Source of the DNA: an uncultured delta proteobacterium
Lineage (GTDB): Bacteria; Desulfobacterota; Binatia; Binatales; Binataceae
NCBI GenBank assembly: GCA_963724765.1
Contig: CAVRVY010000004.1
Coordinates: 448,001 to 512,000 of the forward strand
DNA length: 64,000 bases
Direction of reading: 5' to 3'
Both the position numbers and the translations under genes were made by a program. Positions 32,725 through 40,429 of this stretch are shown one piece after another. Numbering within the stretch: the first letter of the stretch is position 1; each line of letters begins with the position of its first letter. The notes beneath the pieces are model-generated. The model saw nothing but the letters and a program-made list of their open reading frames with translations. It was not told the DNA's origin and did no database searches.

Positions 32725-33876
32725 TATTGTGTCCCACAAATAACTTTACAGGAGTGAGGCCCATCTGCTATGGTCCGGTGGAGGTTGAATGGGATGGGCA
32801 GGCCGAATGCAGCCTTGATGATTACTCAGTCGGAGCGGTCGCAACTGCGCTCGATCGTGCGTTCGCGCAGCCTGCCGCATTCGTTGGTGCGGCGCGCACA
32901 GATCGTGCTGCTGTCGGCCGCTGGCGCCGCCAACAGAGAGGTCGCCAGGCGCTGCGGGGTTAGTGCTCCGGTGGTCAGTCTGTGGCGCCAGCGTTATCAG
33001 CAACGCGGCATCGCCGGGCTGCACGCGGAACTTCGTCCGGGCCGACCGCGCAGCCATAGCGACGAACAGGTAGCGGGCTTGCTGCGCAAGGTACTGCACA
33101 GCAAGCCCGCCGTCGCCACCCACTGGAGCGTGCGCAGCGTGGCGGCGCATACTGGCATCTCCAAGAGCACGGTCGCGCGCTACTTCGCGCTGTTCGGCCT
33201 GCAACCACATCGGAGCAAGAGCTTTAAGCTGTCCACCGACCCGTTCTTCGTCGAAAAGGTCCGCGACATCGTTGGGCTTTATCTTAATCCGCCGGACAAC
33301 GCGCTGGTATTGTGCGTGGATGAGAAGAGCCAGGTGCAGGCCTTGGAGCGCACCCAACCAGTGCTGCCAATGGGGCTCGGTTATGTCGAGGGAGTGACTC
33401 ACGATTACTATCGTCACGGCACTACCACGCTCTTCGCGGCACTGGACATCGTCGACGGCGGGGTCATCTCCCAGTGCAAGCCGCGCCATCGCCACCAGGA
33501 ATTCCTGAGCTTTTTGAAACATCTCGATGCTAATATGCCGGCCGATCTTGAACTGCACCTGATCGCCGACAACTACGCGACTCACAAGCATCCCAAAGTC
33601 AGAGCGTGGCTCGCCAGCCATCCGCGCTTTCACCTTCACTTCACGCCCACCTACTCAAGCTGGCTCAACCAGATCGAGCGCTGGTTCGCGCTTATCACCC
33701 AGCAAGCGATTCGCCGCGGCTCGTTCCGCAACGTCCGGGAACTGGTGGGGAAGATCGACGCCTACGTGGCTCATTACAATGCCCACAAGCGGCCCTTCGT
33801 CTGGACTGCCACCGCCGACTCGATATTCAACAAACTCCAGCGCATCTGTAAACTTATTAATGGGACACAACACTAG
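32721..33876 (+). mobile_element. IS630-family insertion sequence
   Basis: Ends CTAGTATTGTGTCCCACAAATAACTTTACA and TGTAAACTTATTAATGGGACACAACACTAG are inverted (26/30 match); CTAG (TA core) on both sides. Confidence 0.95.
32794..33876 (+). CDS. IS630 transposase
   Basis: HTH, RPGRP, THWS, DEKS / DNYATH / NQIERWF DDE triad; GGAGG RBS before ATG 32794; stop lies in the terminal CTAG. Confidence 0.95.
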   Translation: MGRPNAALMITQSERSQLRSIVRSRSLPHSLVRRAQIVLLSAAGAANREVARRCGVSAPVVSLWRQRYQQRGIAGLHAELRPGRPRSHSDEQVAGLLRKVLHSKPAVATHWSVRSVAAHTGISKSTVARYFALFGLQPHRSKSFKLSTDPFFVEKVRDIVGLYLNPPDNALVLCVDEKSQVQALERTQPVLPMGLGYVEGVTHDYYRHGTTTLFAALDIVDGGVISQCKPRHRHQEFLSFLKHLDANMPADLELHLIADNYATHKHPKVRAWLASHPRFHLHFTPTYSSWLNQIERWFALITQQAIRRGSFRNVRELVGKIDAYVAHYNAHKRPFVWTATADSIFNKLQRICKLINGTQH

Positions 33877-33936
33877 CAGCAGCCCTAACCCGCCCACACT
33901 CGACGCGCCTCGGTTGTGCTTGAGATTCGGTGTCAT
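33873..33936 (-). pseudogene. 5' fragment (start of signal peptide) of the DUF1329 gene
   Basis: AAGGAGGT RBS then MTPNLKHNRGASSVGGLGLLL; continues as VLAAIIVGVGASVATAQQ across the empty site. Confidence 0.85.
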
Positions 33937-34295
33937 TTGGATAGACCTCCTTGATCGAAGACTCCATATTGCTCGTTACACCACCAACAGTGGTTTGTTT
34001 GCGAATGTACAACGATAAGCAATGAGATGCACCTTTTGTCTTTAATGAGCGGGTTTGCACTCGCGATTGCACTAATTGACATGGAACCGGCGGCGCGGCC
34101 TCAAGTCGAAGCGCAAAGCGTCGACGCGCGAAAAATACGGCGGTCGGATTGCTAGCGCTCGGAGCCGCTACAAGCCTTTGCTCTGGCCTTCGCGGATCTG
34201 CGCGAACACCGACCGTGCGGGTCTGTCAATTCAAAGCGGGGTCAAAGCGGGGCGGTCTATCCGATCAAAGAAAATCTCCGGGCACACCGGTGATC

Positions 34296-35282
34296 TCAGT
34301 GAAGAAACTCGGGCATGACTTCCTTCACTAGCAGTTCGTGAGACTCTTCCGAGTCCGGGAGCACGACGAAATACGTCATCCCGGTTTCCTCGATCCGCGA
34401 GCGGATTTCGCGCTTCACCTCATCCGTAGTTCCCGCAAGGATCGAAGGAGCGCGCCGCGCCGCCTCTTCATCAGGGAAACCCCATTTTTTGGCGATCTCC
34501 CGCACGGCGGTGTCCGCCCGGCCCTTGTCCTTGGAAAGACTTATGAGGAGTAAGCCACTGATCTCGATCTCCTTCGGATCGCGGCCGGCCTCTTTCGTAA
34601 GACTGTGCAACCTTGCGATGCGCCGCTTGAGCTCGGCCTTATCGAATCTCACTGCCGCGGCAGGATCGTTGATCAGATCCTTGCCATTGAATATAGGCGG
34701 GATCAAATTCAGGATGTCGGCCTCGGCTGCGGCAATTTTTAGCAGTTTGCTTCCGGACCCGCCGAGCATGATTGGCGGATGCGGCTTCTGGAGCGGCCGC
34801 GGATTGTTGTAGGCCTTTTCAATCGAGAAATAGCTCCCGTGATAGGTCGGCTCGTCCTGCGTCCACATCGCCTTGAGCAGCTTGATTGCGTCCGCGAGTT
34901 GATCGAGCCGTTCGGAATTTGAGGGGTAAGGATAGTTGTGCGCGTCGTACTCCGAGCGCTCCCAGCCGGAGCCCAGGCCGAGAACCAATCGTCCGTTGCT
35001 CACGTGGTCCAGCGTCGAGGCGATCTTGGCCAGCAGCGGTGGGGAACGAAACGCGACCGCCGCCACCAATGAACCTATGCGGATCCGGGTGGTTACGGCC
35101 GCGATCGCGCTCAGGGTCGTGAAACACTCGAGTTGGGGCTCGCGGGCGGGGCGAAAGGGCGAAAAGAAATGATCGTTGAGCAACATCGAGTGAAACCCTT
35201 CGGTGTCGGCGCGCCTCGCCGTCCGCAGGGCTTGCGCATAATCGCCGGTTACCGAGAACAGTCCGAACTTCACTTCACGCAT
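34296..35282 (-). CDS. LLM-class oxidoreductase, probably F420-dependent
   Basis: NDHF, LECFTTLSAIAAVTTRIRIG, LDHVSNGRLVLGLGSGW, PHPPIMLGGSG. Confidence 0.88.
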   Translation of the reverse strand: MREVKFGLFSVTGDYAQALRTARRADTEGFHSMLLNDHFFSPFRPAREPQLECFTTLSAIAAVTTRIRIGSLVAAVAFRSPPLLAKIASTLDHVSNGRLVLGLGSGWERSEYDAHNYPYPSNSERLDQLADAIKLLKAMWTQDEPTYHGSYFSIEKAYNNPRPLQKPHPPIMLGGSGSKLLKIAAAEADILNLIPPIFNGKDLINDPAAAVRFDKAELKRRIARLHSLTKEAGRDPKEIEISGLLLISLSKDKGRADTAVREIAKKWGFPDEEAARRAPSILAGTTDEVKREIRSRIEETGMTYFVVLPDSEESHELLVKEVMPEFLH

Positions 35283-35559
35283 TCGATTGGACTCCCTGTG
35301 CCTTTACGAATTCTTGAGCTTTGGCCTTAAATGGTTTCCCACTTTCCGTCAAGCTGACGAGCATCGTGCCCGGCACAACGTAAATCAGATGTGTGACTTC
35401 GAGCCGGCGAACGAAGCGTCGCGCATGAGGGCGCGGAAAAAAATGTCGCAGGTGATAGTCCAGAAACGATCACCGGCTATGCGTCAGCAATGATGGTCGT
35501 GGCGGCACGCCGCAGATGACGCGAATCGAGACTCAATCGCTGCCGGCTCGAGGCCCGGC

Positions 35560-35907
35560 TCAGTTTCCGCCGTCCGAGCCTTCCGAGCCTTTGACCTCTG
35601 TCCACTCATCGCCGGATTGACTGTTGTCGGTGTCGGCGGCGTTTGCGTCCGCAGGAGAGGAGGAGTCGTCCTCTCTAATCTCCGTCGCCGTCGTGCCGGA
35701 TGAACCGCTTTGGGTGGAGGCCGCAGGGATAGAAGGAAGCTCCGCCCTTGGAGCCTCCACTGCGGCGCCTGCGGAGTGGCCGACCGCGAGTCCGTACTCA
35801 CCCATCGCTTGCGCTTTGGCCATCGGCACAAACGCCAACACGACCGCCGCAAAGGCGAGCGACGCTACTCCCGCTCTGAGTATCGAATCCCGCTTGACGC
35901 TAGCCAT
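35560..35907 (-). CDS. Small secreted protein with low-complexity acidic tail
   Basis: Signal peptide ending AKA-Q, QAMGEYG motif, D/S/E-rich C-terminus; GGGGGA upstream. Confidence 0.6.
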   Translation of the reverse strand: MASVKRDSILRAGVASLAFAAVVLAFVPMAKAQAMGEYGLAVGHSAGAAVEAPRAELPSIPAASTQSGSSGTTATEIREDDSSSPADANAADTDNSQSGDEWTEVKGSEGSDGGN

Positions 35908-36113
35908 TGAAGTCCCCCCTTCGCCAGTTTGTGATCCTCATACTTCAGGCGTGATGACCATTCCATAATAACCTTGCGCGCATGAACGTGCATAGCCCTG
36001 TCTGGACACGTTTTGACGCACGCAAATGACTGCAAGGACCAGGGCCGTCTGGCTAAAGACGACCCCGAGAGCTAAACCTGAAATGATCCCAATAACCTGA
36101 CGAGAAAGGTGAC

Positions 36114-36632
36114 ATGGAACAACCCACAGGCGAATTGATTGAACGGATCACGCGGCTGGAGCATCAACAGGCCGAGCTTCGACACGCCAACCGGCGGCTG
36201 CGGCTGGTGACGGGTGCGCTAATGCTGTTGACGAGCGCGGTCGTCCTGATGGGCCAGACCGCGCTGACGGGTCAGACCGCGCCCGTACAAAGCCTGGAGG
36301 CCGAGCAGTTTGTGCTGCGCGGCAGCGACGGCAAAGTACGAGGTGCGATGGGTATCGGGGATAATGGCGCGGTGGGGATCAATCTGAACGATACCAAGGG
36401 CCAGACGCGGATCACGGTTGATATTGCCCCCAATGGATCACCCGGGTTCGACCTCTATGACGGGGACGGCAAGATGCGTGCGACGCTCGCGCTCGGGCCG
36501 AAGGGAACACCGGGCCTGGGGCTTTACGATCCAAGCGGCAAATTGCGCACCAGTCTCGATATTCCCGCCGCCGAAACTCCGGGCCTGGCCTTCTATCATC
36601 CAGACGGAAAGCCAGCCTGGGGTGCTCCATGA
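36114..36632 (+). CDS. Hypothetical membrane protein: coiled coil, TM, 22-aa beta repeats
   Basis: AAGGTG RBS; RITRLE coil; TM; repeated G.PG..LYD..GK.R..L units. Confidence 0.78.
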   Translation: MEQPTGELIERITRLEHQQAELRHANRRLRLVTGALMLLTSAVVLMGQTALTGQTAPVQSLEAEQFVLRGSDGKVRGAMGIGDNGAVGINLNDTKGQTRITVDIAPNGSPGFDLYDGDGKMRATLALGPKGTPGLGLYDPSGKLRTSLDIPAAETPGLAFYHPDGKPAWGAP

Positions 36633-36678
36633 ACGGGGCGTATGGCGAGACGCTTGTTAGCGGAGGTATTTTTTAGCC

Positions 36679-36987
36679 GTGCTGCGCTTAATCCAAATCA
36701 TCCTGATACTGAGTTCGCTCTGTGGCCTGGGCGGATGCATAGGACCCGCCTACGGTCCTACTTACGGCTATCCTGAATACGGCTACTCGCCTTATTCCTA
36801 TGGCTTGCCGGTGTATGCCCGTGGCTACGCACCGAACTTTGCCGTGCACCATCCGTGGGAGGAGCATCATGCCTCCGGCCACAATGAGAGCTTCTTCCAT
36901 CCCGCAGCCGGTGGCGGGCATCCCGTCGGCCATGGCGGCGGCTATGGTGGGCATGCGGGCGGCGGTCCCGGAGGTGGGCACCGCTAA
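36679..36987 (+). CDS. Small Tyr/Gly/His-rich putative lipoprotein
   Basis: GGAGG RBS, GTG start, LGGC lipobox, YG repeats, His/Gly tail. Confidence 0.6.
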   Translation: MLRLIQIILILSSLCGLGGCIGPAYGPTYGYPEYGYSPYSYGLPVYARGYAPNFAVHHPWEEHHASGHNESFFHPAAGGGHPVGHGGGYGGHAGGGPGGGHR

Positions 36988-37076
36988 ACTTTCTTCGCCA
37001 ATGGCTCTCCTTGGACCGGAGAATCGTCACCTAACCGGACGACCGGCCCCGCGGCAGCGTGGCGTGGAGCAAACAA

Positions 37077-38081
37077 TCAACCGACGCGGAGCACGGCGGC
37101 GCCCTTGAGCTCGTCGTGCTTGAGCATGTTGAGCGCGCGGTTGGCCTCGTCCAGGCGCATCCCGAGCGTATGTGTGCGCACGGGAATTTCGCCTGCGATT
37201 TTCAGAAACTCCTCGCCGTCCGCACGCGTGTTGGCGGTCACGCTGCGCAACTCGCGTTCGTAGAAAAGATAACGCTCGTAGTCGAGCGCAGGCACCTGGC
37301 TCAGGTAGATTCCGGCGACCGCGAGGATGCCGCCGCGGTCGAGCGCCTCCAGCGCAGGCGGCACCAGTTCGCCGGCCGGAGCGAACAGGATCGCGGCGTC
37401 AAGCTTTTGCGGCGGCGGCGCGTCGGCCGGGCCGATCCAATCGGCGCCCAGCGCTTCAGCGAGTTCCTGATGGCGTCCGCCGCGGCTCATCACGAACACG
37501 CGGCATCGCCAATGCTTCAGCACCTGTATAGCGATATGCGCGGAGCCGCCGAAGCCATAAAGGCCGACGGTCGCGCCGGGCCGGACCTCGGCGCGCTTAA
37601 TCGCGCGAAAGCCGATTATTCCCGCGCACAAAAGCGGCGCGGCTGCCTCGTCACCGAGCCCGTCGGGGATCGCGTAGGCGAAATCCTCGCGCACGACCAC
37701 GAACTCGGCATAGCCGCCGTCGTGATCGTAACCGGTGAAGCGCGCGCCGGGGCAAAGATTTTCGCGTCCGCGCCGGCAATAAGCGCATTGGCCGCAGGTC
37801 TCGCGCAGCCACGCGACCCCGACGCGCGCTCCCGCGGCGGTAAAACGCGCGCATCCGGGGCCGCATCGCTCGACCGTGCCGACGATCTCATGGCCGGGGA
37901 CGATTCGCGGATGGCGCGCCGGCAGGTCACCCTCGGCGACGTGGAGGTCGGTGCGGCAGACGCCGCAGGTCTTGATGCGGACGAGGATTTCGCGCGGCCC
38001 GGGCTCGGGCTCGGGAAGCTCGATCGCGCGCAGCGGATCGGTTTCGATTGGGGCGGGCGTGTATACAGCCATCGCTTTCAT
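37077..38081 (-). CDS. Zinc-dependent alcohol dehydrogenase (AdhA-like)
   Basis: CGVCRTDLH, PGHEIVG, CGQCAYC..RENLC, PLLCAG, GLYGFG. Confidence 0.93.
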   Translation of the reverse strand: MKAMAVYTPAPIETDPLRAIELPEPEPGPREILVRIKTCGVCRTDLHVAEGDLPARHPRIVPGHEIVGTVERCGPGCARFTAAGARVGVAWLRETCGQCAYCRRGRENLCPGARFTGYDHDGGYAEFVVVREDFAYAIPDGLGDEAAAPLLCAGIIGFRAIKRAEVRPGATVGLYGFGGSAHIAIQVLKHWRCRVFVMSRGGRHQELAEALGADWIGPADAPPPQKLDAAILFAPAGELVPPALEALDRGGILAVAGIYLSQVPALDYERYLFYERELRSVTANTRADGEEFLKIAGEIPVRTHTLGMRLDEANRALNMLKHDELKGAAVLRVG

Positions 38082-38257
38082 TCTGTTAACATAGAAGTTT
38101 GGCTATTGTCCGCGGCGAAATCATCGCCTTCCTATCGCATGGCCGCTTCGAGTCCCAAACTACCATTCCAGCTCAAATTCTTGATACCTATGACGGGGCA
38201 CAAGAGCAGCGACGGTGGCGGTATGTTACGATAGCAGAGATCTTAATAGTTGCAGAG

Positions 38258-39031
38258 ATGGACATGACCCATACGCAAACACCAGAGACATGGCTCGCCC
38301 GAGGTTTCAGGCTTAGCCTGTTCCCTAGCGCGCCTATGTACGGAAAGCCTTCCTGGTGGGAGGAAATTGTAGGAAGACCCCCAGATTCAGAATCTTCCCA
38401 ACGCAGCCAGGGCTTGGTGCAACAGGCGGGAGTGTTTGAGGGCGGCCAGCTAGCCTTGATAACCCGACCGAGTAGGATCGATTGGACTTTCGGAGCGGTC
38501 GAGGGGGAACCTTCATCTGGAGATATCCCATCCCTGGGAGCATTCTCGAGCGTACTTGAACTGTTTACATCGCTCGCACATCGCTGGCTCAGCTCTTGCT
38601 CGTCTGCGACACGGCTAGCGTTCGGCGCTGACCTTGTTCAGCCGTCCGATTCTATAGCGGCAGCCTACTTGCGGCTCGGCTACTATCTGCAGTCGATCAA
38701 GATTGATCCTGAAAATTCGTCAGATTTTTTCTACAGGATCAACCGGCCTCGCCTATCTCGGTCAGGAATCAACGGGCTGAAGATAAACCGCTTATCCAGC
38801 TGGTCGGTTCTCCAAGCTAGGTTGCTCTCTTTTGAGGTGGCCGCCGTAGGCAGGCCTAAATCTTCGCACGTGTCTCTTGCTCCTTCAGCTCAGCCAGCGT
38901 GCCGCGTAGAACTAGACATTAACTCATCCGCGGACTTCGTGGGCGACCTTCCATCGGACACGCTGAACGTTCTCTTCTCTGAGCTGATAGAATTGGCAAA
39001 CGAGATCGCAACACAGGGAGATGTTCCATGA
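38258..39031 (+). CDS. Hypothetical protein, distantly TIGR04255-like
   Basis: ATG 38258 or 38264; RIDW, RLAFG, INRP, ELDINS motifs; lower GC; family call is from motif recall only. Confidence 0.65.
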   Translation: MDMTHTQTPETWLARGFRLSLFPSAPMYGKPSWWEEIVGRPPDSESSQRSQGLVQQAGVFEGGQLALITRPSRIDWTFGAVEGEPSSGDIPSLGAFSSVLELFTSLAHRWLSSCSSATRLAFGADLVQPSDSIAAAYLRLGYYLQSIKIDPENSSDFFYRINRPRLSRSGINGLKINRLSSWSVLQARLLSFEVAAVGRPKSSHVSLAPSAQPACRVELDINSSADFVGDLPSDTLNVLFSELIELANEIATQGDVP

Positions 39032-39771
39032 ATTCCTCCGCTGTCACTTCCATAGGAACCCAGCAACCAGTATCCGCCGGTGGGACAGCCGCGCAATCCC
39101 CAACGCAAAACGACTTTGAGCATTCAGTACTCGCAAAAATGTTTACAGCTTTGGCAGAAGCACGAATGGATCCCGAGAGGTTAGCAGTTGTCCTCGTCGA
39201 AGGCCTGAGAGTGAACCCTAGCCTTTGGAAGGATCTCGATCGCTATGCTCTACTGCTAAGAAGTTTTGTAAACGAGCTGCCTGCAGAGTACGGGTCTCCA
39301 CCTGCCCAGTCCTCTAGCGCTCCACTGCAGACGTTAGCTCCTGCTAAATGGGCTGACGCGCAAGAAGCGTTGCGCGATCTGATCGAGCGAGGTCGGGAGC
39401 AAACTTTTGAAGACGGGATTGAAACGCCCTTCTCGAGGACCTTGCAGACCCTCTTGTCGAAGCACGGAATTTGCGCGCTGCAATTGCTTGAGCAGTATTG
39501 CCTTTCCGAAGCAGGCAATGGTTGCATCATCGCTGAAGTACTTCGCCAGTTTGGGCTTAGCGAGCAGCCCGAGACTCAAGAAGCTCGGTTCAAGATTCTG
39601 GTCCTCTGTTTGGGTCATCCGTCTCTCGCCGTGCGCGACGCCGCTGCGATCGGGCTTGCGTATCTGAATGATGTTCGTGCGGTTCCGCATCTGCGACAGG
39701 CCGCGAGCCGAGAATGCTCCCCCGATCTGCGCCACGACCTACGGGAAGTCATTGCACAACTGGAGGCTTAG
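39028..39771 (+). CDS. HEAT-repeat domain protein
   Basis: ATGA overlap with upstream gene; LGHPSLAVRDAAAIGLAYLNDVRAVPHLRQA PBS-lyase-type HEAT repeat. Confidence 0.75.
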   Translation: MNSSAVTSIGTQQPVSAGGTAAQSPTQNDFEHSVLAKMFTALAEARMDPERLAVVLVEGLRVNPSLWKDLDRYALLLRSFVNELPAEYGSPPAQSSSAPLQTLAPAKWADAQEALRDLIERGREQTFEDGIETPFSRTLQTLLSKHGICALQLLEQYCLSEAGNGCIIAEVLRQFGLSEQPETQEARFKILVLCLGHPSLAVRDAAAIGLAYLNDVRAVPHLRQAASRECSPDLRHDLREVIAQLEA

Positions 39772-39775
39772 AGCC

Positions 39776-40303
39776 TTGCCCTTTCTGCTTCGGAAGGTAA
39801 GAAAGAGCAAATGGTATAGTCGTCCCGATCTTCCTTGGCTTTTGCCGGGCGAACTTCAGGCTGACACTCTATCCGATCTTGCGACCAAGGATAACGCCTT
39901 ATCCGTTTACCTGATCCAAGATGATCTGGCCAATCTGGAGCGAGTCATTGCGGCACTGGCTGCGAGCGGTTCGCATGTCTCTATCATAGATTACGCCCTG
40001 CTAAATAGTGACGTCGCGCGTCGGTTGGGCTTCGAGCTGATATCCACGCCAGGCACAACTCCTGACAGGACGGTGAATATAGAGCTTCATCTTGAGTTCG
40101 CACATCTAACCGCCGGCAAACTAGCCACGCTGGCCGAAGAGATCCGAAAAGGATCACGGATAGAGCGAGTGCTGGATAAGAGAACTACGGAACTAGTGGC
40201 TAAAAGCATCCGCAGCGGACATATCGAAGCAAGTGTCGTAAACGAAGATTTCTTGTTGAGTCTGCAGAAAAACTGCAAGAAGCATTCAATCGCGCTCAGC
40301 TAG
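39776..40303 (+). CDS. Hypothetical protein, possible ADP-ribosyltransferase/RES-like fold
   Basis: GGAGG RBS at 39762 and TTG 39776; LLRK..LSVY..PGTTP..N..H pattern; function is inference. Confidence 0.65.
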   Translation: MPFLLRKVRKSKWYSRPDLPWLLPGELQADTLSDLATKDNALSVYLIQDDLANLERVIAALAASGSHVSIIDYALLNSDVARRLGFELISTPGTTPDRTVNIELHLEFAHLTAGKLATLAEEIRKGSRIERVLDKRTTELVAKSIRSGHIEASVVNEDFLLSLQKNCKKHSIALS

Positions 40304-40360
40304 AATCTCACACACGCAAATAAAAAACGCCGCGCGCGATCAGACAGAAGGAGGCGCGCC

Positions 40361-40402
40361 AAGAAAAAACCTCACCCTCCCCGCAAATGACGCGGGCGAG
40401 GG
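40361..40402 (-). terminator. REP-like hairpin / probable intrinsic terminator after E2
   Basis: CCCTCCCCGC-N7-GCGGGCGAGGG stem, followed on the minus strand by TTTTTTCTT. Confidence 0.55.
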
Positions 40403-40429
40403 CATGAACAAATAGAGTCCAGAGAAAAC

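Noticed and set aside
34015-34040. Possible sigma54 promoter upstream of the DUF1329 gene (GG...TTGC on the minus strand)
   Set aside because: GG-to-GC spacing is 11 nt rather than the required 10
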